Shown piece after piece: positions 12,790 to 22,156 of a stretch of DNA of 61,131 nucleotides. A program made the position numbers and the translations under genes. The stretch spans positions 1-61,131 of the forward strand of contig CAYZAV010000004.1 of assembly GCA_964475855.1 (NCBI GenBank). The letters run 5' to 3'. Under the pieces are notes generated by a model, which did not search any database, was not told the origin of the DNA, and saw only the letters and a list, made by a program, of their open reading frames with translations. The number at the start of each line of letters is the position of its first letter. The stretch's first letter is position 1. The DNA is from an uncultured Candidatus Saccharibacteria bacterium (GTDB lineage Bacteria > Patescibacteriota > Minisyncoccia > Minisyncoccales > Staskawiczbacteraceae).

Positions 12790-14628
12790 TTACTTCCCTT
12801 TCCGTTCAGCCTGTTTGGCGGCCATTTCGGTCAGATACATTTTACGGATACGCACCGTTTTTGGGGTAATTTCTACCAGTTCATCGTCGCCGATGTATTC
12901 AAGCGCGTCTTCCAGTTCCATGATTTTTGGGGTATTAAAATGTTCGTCGCTGCCTTCACCTTTTGATCGCATGTTGCTAAGCTGTTTGGTTTTGCATACG
13001 TTCACGCGAATGTCTTCGGGTCGGCTGTTTTGGCCTACCACTTGGCCTTCGTAAATGGGTACGGCGTGGTCTAAAAACAGCACTCCCCTATCCTGTACGT
13101 TGATCAAGCCATAGTAATTCGTTGTGCCTGATTCGCTGGCAATGAGCGAGCCGTTAATGCGTTCTCTCCAGTTCCCTGGGTCGGCCTGGTAGTCAAAAAA
13201 GCTGGTGTTCATAATTCCCAAACCTTTGGTATCAGTTAAAAATTCACTACGATAGCCAAACAGCCCTTTGGTCGGGATGATAAATTCCAGAAACACCGTA
13301 TTGTTGTGGGTGCGCATATCTTGTAACTCTCCTTTGCGCCCGCCCAGTTTTTCCATAATAGCGCCTTGGTATTGTTCAGGGACTTCAATAAATGCCTTTT
13401 CATACGGAACCAGGGTTTTGCCTTCAACTTGTCGCACAATAACCTGGGGCCTTGAAACGGAAAATTCATAGCCTTCGCGCCGAAGCCGTTCAATCAAGAT
13501 GGCCAAATGCAGTTCACCACGGCCCGAAACTGTCCAACTTGAGCCTCCTGCGGCATTGGTGGTGTTTTCTTGGACACGCAGCGCCACATCGGTTTCCAAT
13601 TCTTTAAATAATCGTTCACGAATTTGGCGGCTGGTGCAAAATTCCCCCTCTTTTCCGGCAAATGGGCTGTCATTAACCATTAGCATCACTTTTACGGTCG
13701 GCTCTTCTATATTAATAACCGGCAAGGCAATAGGGTTTTCAATATCGGCAATGGTCTCACCAATGGTGGCATCGGGAATTCCGGCAATAGCGGCAATGTC
13801 GCCGGCACCGGCCTCTTCTGCTTCAATTTTTCCAAGCCCCGAAAAGGTCATTAGTGAAGTTAAACGATATTTTTTTTGTACTCCCTCCCGGTTAATCTGC
13901 ATCACTTCCTGGCCGGCTTTGATTGAGCCATTGTAAACACGGCCGATGGCAATGCGGCCTTTGAAATTATCAGCGGTAATAGAGGTGACCAGTAATTGCA
14001 ACGGTTTATTGACGTCAGCAATAGGCGCGGGAATGTACTGGACGATGGCGTCAAATAGTGGAGTAATGCTGTCCATGGTTGCCAAATCAGATACCAATCC
14101 GGCCTTGCCTTCACGTCCCGATGCGTATAAAACCGGGAAATCAAAGGCATTTTCTCCGGCTCCCAATTCCAGAAATAATTCATGGGTAGCTTCCAGGGCC
14201 CATTCGGACCTCGCGCCCGGCTTATCAATTTTATTGATAACAACGATAATTTTGTGGCCCATCTGCAGGGCTTTCTTAAGCACAAAACGGGTTTGGGGCA
14301 TAGGGCCCTCTTTGGCATCAATTAACAGCAAACAGCCGTCTGCCATGTTTAGCACCCGTTCCACTTCCCCGCCGAAATCCGCGTGACCGGGGGTATCTAT
14401 GATATTAATTTTGATATCGCCGTATTGCACTGCAGCATTTTTGGAAAAAATGGTAATACCACGTTCTCTTTCTAATTCATTGCTGTCCATGATCATTTCC
14501 TGGGCCGCTTCTTCCTTTTTCATGTGCGTTTTGCTTTGCCGCAAAAGCGCGTCCACTAGGGTAGTTTTGCCGTGGTCAACGTGAGCGATAATTGCAATAT
14601 TACGAATCAAGCTGTGAATGGGTTGCAT
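12790..14628 (-). CDS. typA: Translational GTPase TypA/BipA
   Basis: IRNIAIIAHVDHGKTTL, DTPGHADFGGEV, NKIDK. 612 aa. Confidence 0.95.
   Translation of the reverse strand: MQPIHSLIRNIAIIAHVDHGKTTLVDALLRQSKTHMKKEEAAQEMIMDSNELERERGITIFSKNAAVQYGDIKINIIDTPGHADFGGEVERVLNMADGCLLLIDAKEGPMPQTRFVLKKALQMGHKIIVVINKIDKPGARSEWALEATHELFLELGAGENAFDFPVLYASGREGKAGLVSDLATMDSITPLFDAIVQYIPAPIADVNKPLQLLVTSITADNFKGRIAIGRVYNGSIKAGQEVMQINREGVQKKYRLTSLMTFSGLGKIEAEEAGAGDIAAIAGIPDATIGETIADIENPIALPVINIEEPTVKVMLMVNDSPFAGKEGEFCTSRQIRERLFKELETDVALRVQENTTNAAGGSSWTVSGRGELHLAILIERLRREGYEFSVSRPQVIVRQVEGKTLVPYEKAFIEVPEQYQGAIMEKLGGRKGELQDMRTHNNTVFLEFIIPTKGLFGYRSEFLTDTKGLGIMNTSFFDYQADPGNWRERINGSLIASESGTTNYYGLINVQDRGVLFLDHAVPIYEGQVVGQNSRPEDIRVNVCKTKQLSNMRSKGEGSDEHFNTPKIMELEDALEYIGDDELVEITPKTVRIRKMYLTEMAAKQAERKGK
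13430..13441 (+). repeat. TGTCGCACAATA copy 4 (inside typA)
   Basis: Exact 12-mer. Confidence 0.95.
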
Positions 14629-14736
14629 GAGATGAAATTAAATAAATATATGTTTAATAAGCGAACGTTGACAAGGGAGGGGCCGGGAGGGAAGCATTCC
14701 CTTCCGTGTAGGAAAACAGTGAGGCGAAGCCGAGCG

Positions 14737-14829
14737 TTAGAAACCGAGGGTTTCTAAGGAGTGAGCCGCCAATAGACGGCGAGCGACGTCAACGTGTGCA
14801 ATTATGGCGATGTTGCGAATGTTTTTCAT
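14737..14829 (-). pseudogene. Displaced typA 5' fragment / 30-codon uORF (MKNIRNIAIIAHVD then out of context)
   Basis: The first 14 codons encode the TypA G1-motif N-terminus. Versus the real gene (14554-14586) there are only synonymous third-position differences. It then reads into GC-rich hairpins and ends in TAA. Confidence 0.6.
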
Positions 14830-14849
14830 ATGGGATTACAATAAAAATA

Positions 14850-14878
14850 ATTCTATCATAAAATTTTACCGGTGTCAA
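14850..14878 (-). promoter_or_regulatory. sigma70 promoter, TTGACA-17 nt-TAGAAT, in front of the displaced typA fragment
   Basis: TTGACA at 14873-14878 and TAGAAT at 14850-14855 on the minus strand. Confidence 0.6.
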
Positions 14879-14919
14879 AGCATAAAAAAACCGCGGCGAT
14901 TAGGCTACGGTTTGATGGT

Positions 14920-15285
14920 TTAATTAAACACGGCAATTCCGTCGGTGAGGTTGCGCGAACTGCAGTGGAATGTCCTGTTAGATTGAGTGGCTTTGAAGGC
15001 ATGCATAACATCGCTGTTGATGGCGCAAAGGACAAGTTTGCCATTAGCTTCACGTATCATTCTTTGCAGAGTGATGAATTTGCCAAGACCCACCCAGCTG
15101 AAATAGTAGATATTGCCAAAATCAACCAGGAGTTTCTTTTTTCCTTGGCTGACAAGGGTGAAGAGCTCTATACCCATTTGCCAGATGTCATCCGCACTTA
15201 CAATTTTTTTGACTTTGAACGTGACATGAGTGATGTCGGTTTCGGGAATGTCTTCATGCTCAAAAATCTGGATCGGATCGGCCAT
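14920..15285 (-). CDS. STAS-domain protein (anti-sigma-factor antagonist-like), copy 1
   Basis: Start MADPIQIFEHED with AAAGGAAA SD. KKKLLVDFGNIYYFSWVGLGKFITL is typical of a STAS fold. Confidence 0.75.
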   Translation of the reverse strand: MADPIQIFEHEDIPETDITHVTFKVKKIVSADDIWQMGIELFTLVSQGKKKLLVDFGNIYYFSWVGLGKFITLQRMIREANGKLVLCAINSDVMHAFKATQSNRTFHCSSRNLTDGIAVFN

Positions 15286-15430
15286 GGCGGGTTTCCTTTC
15301 TATTCTATGGAATTGGGAAAGAACGGACAATAGTTTTCAAAATTATAGCACATTTTTGTAAAAAAACAACCCACCTCATCCTTTCCCGATCTTTGGCACA
15401 CGAGAAAGAGAAGTTCTGTATACAATCATC

Positions 15431-15442
15431 TGTCGCACAATA
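15431..15442 (+). repeat. TGTCGCACAATA copy 5 (intergenic, next to the STAS-2 terminator)
   Basis: Exact 12-mer. Confidence 0.95.
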
Positions 15443-15477
15443 AAAAAACCGCGGCGTTTAGGCTGCGGCTTGATGGT

Positions 15478-15843
15478 TTAATTGAACACAGCGAGTCCGC
15501 CAATGAGATTCTGCGAATCGCAGTTGAACAGTTTATTGAGCCGAGTGACTTCGAACACCTCGAACACATCTTCATTGATGGCACAGAAGACCAGCTTGCC
15601 GCCGGCATCGTTGACCAATCTTTGCAGGGTGATGAACTTTCCCAGCCCGGCGGAGCTGAAATATTCCACGTTTCCCCAGTCGACCAGGAGTTTCTTTTTC
15701 CCTTGGTCGGCAAGGCTGAAGAGCTCCGCCCCCATCTGGCTAATCACGTCATCAGTTACAATTTTTTTGACTTTGAACCTGACATGAGTGATGTCGGTTT
15801 CGGGAATGTCTTCATACTCAAAGATCTGGATCGGGTTGGCCAT
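15478..15843 (-). CDS. STAS-domain protein, copy 2 (tandem paralogue)
   Basis: Start MANPIQIFEYED. The roughly 85-nt upstream region (15851-15935) duplicates 15301-15385, including TGCTATAAT. Confidence 0.75.
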   Translation of the reverse strand: MANPIQIFEYEDIPETDITHVRFKVKKIVTDDVISQMGAELFSLADQGKKKLLVDWGNVEYFSSAGLGKFITLQRLVNDAGGKLVFCAINEDVFEVFEVTRLNKLFNCDSQNLIGGLAVFN

Positions 15844-15960
15844 GACAGGCTTCCTTTCTATGGAATTGGGAAAGAACGGACAATAGTTTTCAAAATTATA
15901 GCACATTTTTGTAAAAAAACAACCCACCTCATCGGCGGGTTGTTGCAGACATGAAATATC

Positions 15961-16491
15961 TTATTCTACGGTGATTTTACCAAAGTGGCTCGCTGCCGAA
16001 TGATTGTGATACCCAAAGCTACCGGTTTTGGTGAAGGTGAATGACCAGGAAGTTCCGGGAGCGTCAGATTTACATTCGTCAAAATCATTGTTTTCCGGAT
16101 CCGGACAGTGTTGCTGTGCATTAGTGCCGCTGTATGCGGTGTGGGTTGGGTGCATAGCGCTCGCTGTCCACATTCCGCTGGAGCTTTGGTTTTTAAATGT
16201 TACCGTATCCCCTTTTTTGATGGTCAGGGCGTTTGGGGAATATCCGGAATCAGTATATGTTACGGTATATGTTTTTGGCGCTGTCACTCCAATATCAACG
16301 GTTATTTCACCACCATTGGTTTGGTTTGGGTTGTTTGTGATACCTGTTTGCCCGGACGGTGTTTGGGTGGTATTGTCAGTGGTTGGCGTGACTGGAGACG
16401 TGGTGTTACCGCTCATTAACCACCAGCCGCCCCCTGCCAATAAGAGCACAATAATCACAATCACAATACCCCATGTAATTTTTTGATCCAT
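15961..16491 (-). CDS. Membrane-anchored secreted protein, weak cupredoxin-like C-terminal domain
   Basis: N-terminal TM, T/P/N-rich linker, KKGDTVTFKN...GYHNHSAASHFGKITV. Confidence 0.5.
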   Translation of the reverse strand: MDQKITWGIVIVIIVLLLAGGGWWLMSGNTTSPVTPTTDNTTQTPSGQTGITNNPNQTNGGEITVDIGVTAPKTYTVTYTDSGYSPNALTIKKGDTVTFKNQSSSGMWTASAMHPTHTAYSGTNAQQHCPDPENNDFDECKSDAPGTSWSFTFTKTGSFGYHNHSAASHFGKITVE

Positions 16492-16549
16492 AATAATTAT
16501 ATTAATTAACAAAAAAGCCACGTATACGTACCGCGGCTTTTTTGCAGTC

Positions 16550-17017
16550 TTAGTTTATTTTTAACAGTTCTACGTCAAAAAGCAAGGTGGCTGACCTGGG
16601 GATAATTGGTGGAAAACCGTTTGCCCCGTATGCCAATTCCGGCGGAATAGTGAATTTTCGTTTTTCACCCACTTTCATGCCCACAACCCCAATGTCCCAA
16701 CCTTTGATCACCCTTCCTTCTCCAACTTTGAAGGTGAATGGCGCATTGCGGTCAAGGCTTGAGTCAAACTTTTTACCGTCACTTAAGGTTCCGGTGTAGT
16801 GCACGGTTGCGTTGTCCCCCGCTTTTATTGCAGGTCCGCTTCCCTCTTTGGTTACTTCGATTTTCATGCCTTGGATTTCATAATTTTTTTGATTGGCGGT
16901 ATCAGTTTGTCCGGGCAGTTTGGCTGAACCCGTGCCATACGTCATGACAAGATATACCCCAAGTAACGCAATTACCAGTACGAATAAAACGATTACGATG
17001 ATGAGTGCTTTGCTCAT
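16550..17017 (-). CDS. FKBP-type peptidyl-prolyl isomerase with an N-terminal anchor
   Basis: [37 protein letters not shown]...LLFDVELL. Confidence 0.85.
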   Translation of the reverse strand: MSKALIIVIVLFVLVIALLGVYLVMTYGTGSAKLPGQTDTANQKNYEIQGMKIEVTKEGSGPAIKAGDNATVHYTGTLSDGKKFDSSLDRNAPFTFKVGEGRVIKGWDIGVVGMKVGEKRKFTIPPELAYGANGFPPIIPRSATLLFDVELLKIN

Positions 17018-17092
17018 GGTTTTTTATGGTGTTGGTGTTTTAGTATGTTATATTCTTGGACGTCGACCAAAATAATAGTATCATTCATTTTA

Positions 17093-17458
17093 TTAAAAAT
17101 AGAAAACAATGTAAAGCGAGGCAATTCCCGTGGTGACAAGCTGCAAAAGCGGAGTTATCCCCACTCCAAGTATTTTTGGCATGCTGGCGGAGTATTCCCA
17201 CTTCCCTTTTTTGAGTGAATAGATTTCCCAAAACGCGGCGAATAACACGGAGCAAATGGCAAATAGTATCATATTGCCTTTGGTGGCAAAATAGATAAGG
17301 GCAATCACAAAACCGTCAAATAGTGCCGCTTTGAGGATTAAATAGATATATCTTGGTAGTGTGGCTTCGTGGCACGTTTTATATAGTAGGCTGTGGATGA
17401 GTTCATAGAGTAAATTCAGGAAAAAAGCCACTACAAATAGCTTGATAATCAATGCCAT
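17093..17458 (-). CDS. Small polytopic membrane protein
   Basis: Four hydrophobic segments. Overlaps the upstream gene by 10 nt. Confidence 0.55.
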   Translation of the reverse strand: MALIIKLFVVAFFLNLLYELIHSLLYKTCHEATLPRYIYLILKAALFDGFVIALIYFATKGNMILFAICSVLFAAFWEIYSLKKGKWEYSASMPKILGVGITPLLQLVTTGIASLYIVFYF

Positions 17459-19005
17459 TGATCGATGATTTTACTGATAAGGTGTTCCACGGGGGCATAG
17501 TCGTCGGTTATTTGGAAATTGTTGGCAAGGTCAAGGCTTGAAAGGGTAATATTTTTATTGGCCAGATTTCGCAAAATAGGATCAGGGTTATTTTTAACGA
17601 GATTACTGTCAAAATCAATGCGTTTTTCACCATTAATACCAAGGAAAATAATGTTCTGACCTTTTTCTGACGTTGGCGAATTGACGGCGAAAAAATAACT
17701 ATTGGGAAATACTTCTTTGAAGGTGGTTATTTCAGACCCGATAAATGAAGGCTGCTCGCCCTGTAAATAGCCGGCATAGTTTCCCACGAAAACGCCGTTT
17801 TCAGAAAGGCGGGACTTGGCCAGGCTAAAAAATTCTTTGGTAGTAAAGTGAATGGGTACGGAAAAAAGCGAATAGTACACATCGGAAATGATGGCGTCGT
17901 AGTGTTTGTCGTTTAACTTTAAGAGTTGCCGGCCGTCTTGTATATGGTTGGTCAAGCGCGGGCTTTCGATTACGTTAAAGTATTGCTTTGCCAGTGAAAA
18001 AAGACGCGGTTCTATTTCGGCCACGTCAACCTGCATAGCTAAAGAGTCGTTTAATAGCGCTTTTGGAATTGAGTATGCCCCTCCGCCCATAACCAGGGAT
18101 GTGGTTGCCTCAGGTTTGAATAATTTATAAAGCGCGTAATATTTAGTGTAGTCATAGACCAGTTCAGGGGAATTCAAATACATGGCGGCCGAATAACTGC
18201 GGTCTTGGAATAAAAAGCGGACGGGTTGCTCTCCTCCGACCGCGGTCGGAGTCCGACTTGGGTCGGACCATTGGCCTTCCATTATTTTTATTTTTTCATA
18301 GACGCCGTCTTGTTCATATAGGGTTTGGGCGGTTACGCCTTGGGAATTTTGCCATGCGATGAGCGAGGCAACTAGTATACTCGCCATGGTCAGCAATACT
18401 CCGCCGCGATTTTTTTGATGTGAAAATAGTATTCCTAGTAATCCCCAAATACCAAGCAAGGCACCAGTGGAAAGGACGATGGCATTGATGCCAAGGTATG
18501 GAATGAGCACAAATCCGGCCAGCAACGTGCCGGTGATACTGCCCAGGGTTGACCAGAAAAATACTTCACCGGCCTTACTGCCAATGGTTTCATTTCCTTT
18601 TTCATATAACTTAATGGCAAAGGGCGAAAGGATGCCAAGGCAAAATGCTGGCACAAAAAAGAGTGCCATGGAAGCAATCAGCGGCCCGGAAACAATAGAA
18701 AACATCACGCCCATCAGGGGAAGTATGGTTTTGCCCGTTATTTGCATGATAATAATCAGCAAGCCCGAAATGGTTATAATGCCGTAAAATATACGTTGGT
18801 CGGGATGCCGGTCGGCAAATTTTCCGCCAAAATAGTATCCCAGCGAAAGGGCGGCGAGGACCGTGCCGATTACCGAAGAGGTGGTGTAAATGGTGTTTCC
18901 GTAATAGGGCGATAAAATGCGTGTGGCCAGGATTTCAATTACTAGCACGGCTGTACCGGTAATAAAAACGGAGGCCAAGAGGAACAAATCTTTTTGGGTT
19001 TTCAT
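17449..19005 (-). CDS. Membrane-fused spermidine-synthase-like protein
   Basis: About 7 TM segments, then VMGGGAYSIP...DAIISDVY (aminopropyl/methyltransferase fold). Start MKTQKD is 1 nt after the upstream stop. Confidence 0.7.
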   Translation of the reverse strand: MKTQKDLFLLASVFITGTAVLVIEILATRILSPYYGNTIYTTSSVIGTVLAALSLGYYFGGKFADRHPDQRIFYGIITISGLLIIIMQITGKTILPLMGVMFSIVSGPLIASMALFFVPAFCLGILSPFAIKLYEKGNETIGSKAGEVFFWSTLGSITGTLLAGFVLIPYLGINAIVLSTGALLGIWGLLGILFSHQKNRGGVLLTMASILVASLIAWQNSQGVTAQTLYEQDGVYEKIKIMEGQWSDPSRTPTAVGGEQPVRFLFQDRSYSAAMYLNSPELVYDYTKYYALYKLFKPEATTSLVMGGGAYSIPKALLNDSLAMQVDVAEIEPRLFSLAKQYFNVIESPRLTNHIQDGRQLLKLNDKHYDAIISDVYYSLFSVPIHFTTKEFFSLAKSRLSENGVFVGNYAGYLQGEQPSFIGSEITTFKEVFPNSYFFAVNSPTSEKGQNIIFLGINGEKRIDFDSNLVKNNPDPILRNLANKNITLSSLDLANNFQITDDYAPVEHLISKIIDQWH

Positions 19006-19006
19006 G

Positions 19007-22000
19007 TTATTCTGTTGGTCGTAGTTCAATATCCGGTTCGGGTATGTCGTCATTATTCTGGATTTCGTATGGATCGCCAACGCTGTCCTGTTCATTGTAA
19101 AATGTGCAGGTGACCGTGGTGCCCGAGGTTATAATTATGGCGTTTAGGGGATCCCCGTTATCGCAACTTGAACTGGTGTTCGTCCATCCAGGGGTGGCGG
19201 GTTCAGTTAATGAATAGGTTCCGGAATTGAGCGTAAATGAGGTTGACCCGACCCCACTCATAGTTATGGCAGTTGAGCTAGTGGATGTCGCTCCGCTGAC
19301 CGCGTAGTCAAAACTACCATCCCCGCCAGTGGTATTTTTAATGATCATAAGTGTGCCCTGGCCGCCGGATGATCCACTATACGTGTTCGTAAACGTACAG
19401 GTAGATGTTTTACCGTCTTCAATAGTGATGGGTAATGGATTCCCGGAAAGATCGTAAAGGTCAATCAGTGGGCCAGTGGGGTCAAGTAAATTGGTACATT
19501 GGGCGCTGGTCAGTGTCCAGTTTGCAAGAGGAGCTTCATTAAGAATGTAATTAGTCCCCGGAGAAAGATCTACAGAAGCATATCCGGATCCTGTAACCGT
19601 GGCAATGGCTGGCATCCCCGTATCACCGGAAAAAGTAAACGTCCCATCTCCGCCAACAGCAATTTTATTGACTTCAAGTGTTCCCATGCCGGGTGGCGGC
19701 GCGGTATAGGTGTTTTCAAAATAGCAGGTAGTAGTGCCGCCAGCTACTACCAGTATATCTTTTACACCGGTTGGGGTGCTGATGTAGGTTGTATCGCAAA
19801 ATGCGTCGGTTAAGGTAAATCCCGCAGGTAGCGCCGTTTCATCAATGCTATAGGCTTTACTGGTAGTGATGTTTGTACTATCAATGAAGGGTTGATACAG
19901 ATTTACAGAATTTGCATTTAAGGTAACCGGAGAAATTGGAAATATATTTTCCGGCGCATAAGGAGTAGTTCCGATCCTGCTATTGGTTTCAAAGGTAAAG
20001 GTGCCTCCGGCTCCGTAGGTGTTTTTGATTAATCGAATGGTGCCGGTATTTGGCGGTGGAGGTGGTGGCGCAGTATAAGTATTTTCAAACGTACAAGTAG
20101 TGGTTTGGCCTGCATATATGCCAAATCCTTCGTCTGTGAAACCGGGATTCAGAATATGTGTACCAAATTGATCCGTACATGATACCATAACGCCCGGAGA
20201 TAATGGAGTTTGGGCCCAGTTAGCTTGTGAGACCTCGGTAATATTACCAATTAAGCTACTTTGGTTTGGTAATGATATGAGGGCGCTTGAACCTGTTCCC
20301 CCAGTGGTAGTAACGGATACATTAGCAGGTGCTCCAAAAACTGCAGGCATGCTAAAGTTAAACGTGCCGTTGCCGCCAATAGTATTTTTAATAATTTGTA
20401 GAGTTCCCGCAGCAGGTGGGGTGCCTGTGGTATTAGTAAATGTACACGTTGTAATTTCCCCGGGATTTATCATTACGTCATCAAGACCTGGGCCACCTTG
20501 GGCCACTCCCGTTGGTGTTCCATTTGCTAGATTGCACACAACTGAAGTTATTGACCATCCCGCCGATAGCGTTTCATATATATTTCGAACGCCTGGCCCG
20601 TATACTATGTAAGAGTCGTCCCCATAATTACTAGTAGTTGTAATGCTATGACTACCTTGACCCCAACCAAAAGTAAAGGTGCCATCACCTCCAGCGGTAG
20701 TTTTTATAATATGAACATATCCAACCCATGAGTTGGTCATATAACAAGTTACCGTAGTGCCATCGCCAATCGTAATTACTGGATTAGGAGACACAGGAAA
20801 GGTTGTACCATCTGAAGACGAGCAATAAAAACCGCCATTCTGTTGAGCCCATTCAGGCCCTAGTGATTCGTTTAAAGTATAACTTCCCGTTGCCATTGAA
20901 ATCAATCCGCTGTCACCATTCCCAATTCCCGTGGCAATTGCCCCGGTAGTTGTTACGCTAATAAGCCCCGGGGTTGGTAAAACATTGAAATCAAATGTCC
21001 CATCACTGCCACCGGTTGCTATTTTATGTATTATTAAATTTCCAGTTCCAGTTGGTGCTGTATAGGTATTATTAAACGAACAGGTGACCGTATCCCCGGC
21101 TCCAATAGTAACTGCGGTGACGGGGTCTCCGTTGTCACAGATAGCCGAGGCTAAATTCCAATCTGGAATTGAGCTTTCCGCAAGACTGTAAGTTCCCGTG
21201 CCAACTGGTCGAGAATCGTATCCTGATCCAATGGAAGAAGAAGTACTTACCGCCATTAGAAATGGGGGTAATACGGTTGCGCCTTGTTGAATACCAATCG
21301 TAAAATTAACGTTTCCTCCAGGGCCTCCATTAGTGTTTTTCAGTATTTGAAGAGTTCCTGTTGCTGCGCCCGTAGTATAGGTATTTTCAAACGTACAAGT
21401 AACAACACTGCCAGGGGTAATATTAATTGCATTAATAGGATCTCCATTGTCGCAAGTGGTTGTACCGGTTTCAGTCCATCCTACTATTGGATCTTCACTA
21501 ATTTCATAGAGTCCTGGGGTTAAAGAGGCCAAACCAAGTCCAGACGTAGAACTGAGACTACCGATTGTCGCTTGTATAACGATAGGAGTTGCAAAAACGG
21601 GAAAATTAAAGGTTTCACCGCCCGCGCCATTGATAGTATTTTTTATAATTCTTAGTGTTCCCGGACTTGTCGGGTTATATGTATTGCTAAAATTACAAAT
21701 AACTGTGTCTCCGGGATCTATTTGAATACCGCTTACGCCAAAGCTATCCGGCGTTCCACGAATATCTGAAACATTAGTACTTAAGGCACACATTGCTCCC
21801 CCGTCAAAGTTCCAACCTAATGGGATTGGAGATTCATCTAAGAAATATGTTCCAGGCAAAATAGAGATAATGCCACTTGAGGCAAATCCCCCCGAAACAG
21901 CAATGCTTGGAGCTCCGCTGGTTGGCCCATTTAATACAAAGTCGAATATTTCATCCGGACCACTGGTAATGGTTTTATTGATGATAATTTCGGCTTGGCC

Positions 22001-22123
22001 CGGCGGAGCTGCTTTTATTGTTGCTGGTGTTAATCCAAAGAATAGTACTGCTATTGTAGCCGCAAAAAATAGCCGATTAAAATATTTTTTAGAAAAATAA
22101 TTCACGTTTAATAATAATATCAT
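19007..22123 (-). CDS. Giant secreted repeat protein (1038 aa), about 10 prealbumin/SpaA-like fold repeats
   Basis: Signal peptide. Reiterated GTLxIIKNTxGGxGTFxF...C..G....I..G.T.TCTFxNTY units. Confidence 0.8.
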   Translation of the reverse strand: MILLLNVNYFSKKYFNRLFFAATIAVLFFGLTPATIKAAPPGQAEIIINKTITSGPDEIFDFVLNGPTSGAPSIAVSGGFASSGIISILPGTYFLDESPIPLGWNFDGGAMCALSTNVSDIRGTPDSFGVSGIQIDPGDTVICNFSNTYNPTSPGTLRIIKNTINGAGGETFNFPVFATPIVIQATIGSLSSTSGLGLASLTPGLYEISEDPIVGWTETGTTTCDNGDPINAINITPGSVVTCTFENTYTTGAATGTLQILKNTNGGPGGNVNFTIGIQQGATVLPPFLMAVSTSSSIGSGYDSRPVGTGTYSLAESSIPDWNLASAICDNGDPVTAVTIGAGDTVTCSFNNTYTAPTGTGNLIIHKIATGGSDGTFDFNVLPTPGLISVTTTGAIATGIGNGDSGLISMATGSYTLNESLGPEWAQQNGGFYCSSSDGTTFPVSPNPVITIGDGTTVTCYMTNSWVGYVHIIKTTAGGDGTFTFGWGQGSHSITTTSNYGDDSYIVYGPGVRNIYETLSAGWSITSVVCNLANGTPTGVAQGGPGLDDVMINPGEITTCTFTNTTGTPPAAGTLQIIKNTIGGNGTFNFSMPAVFGAPANVSVTTTGGTGSSALISLPNQSSLIGNITEVSQANWAQTPLSPGVMVSCTDQFGTHILNPGFTDEGFGIYAGQTTTCTFENTYTAPPPPPPNTGTIRLIKNTYGAGGTFTFETNSRIGTTPYAPENIFPISPVTLNANSVNLYQPFIDSTNITTSKAYSIDETALPAGFTLTDAFCDTTYISTPTGVKDILVVAGGTTTCYFENTYTAPPPGMGTLEVNKIAVGGDGTFTFSGDTGMPAIATVTGSGYASVDLSPGTNYILNEAPLANWTLTSAQCTNLLDPTGPLIDLYDLSGNPLPITIEDGKTSTCTFTNTYSGSSGGQGTLMIIKNTTGGDGSFDYAVSGATSTSSTAITMSGVGSTSFTLNSGTYSLTEPATPGWTNTSSSCDNGDPLNAIIITSGTTVTCTFYNEQDSVGDPYEIQNNDDIPEPDIELRPTE

Positions 22124-22156
22124 AATTAGTGATCGGTCTATGTGTGGATAACCCCT

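Noticed and set aside
14586-14786. The typA spacer as a group I or group II intron, or a T4 gene-60-style translational bypass
   Set aside because: There are no GUGYG...AY boundaries. The exon/intron ends do not fit U / omega-G rules. An intron would have to contain a full copy of the exon sequence. 200 nt is far longer than known bypass gaps. The uORF has its own stop and the downstream gene its own ATG.
14872-15954. Plus-strand ORFs 14872..15333 and 15622..15954 opposite the STAS genes
   Set aside because: The minus frames give STAS-like sequences with SDs and duplicated promoters. The plus frames have neither.
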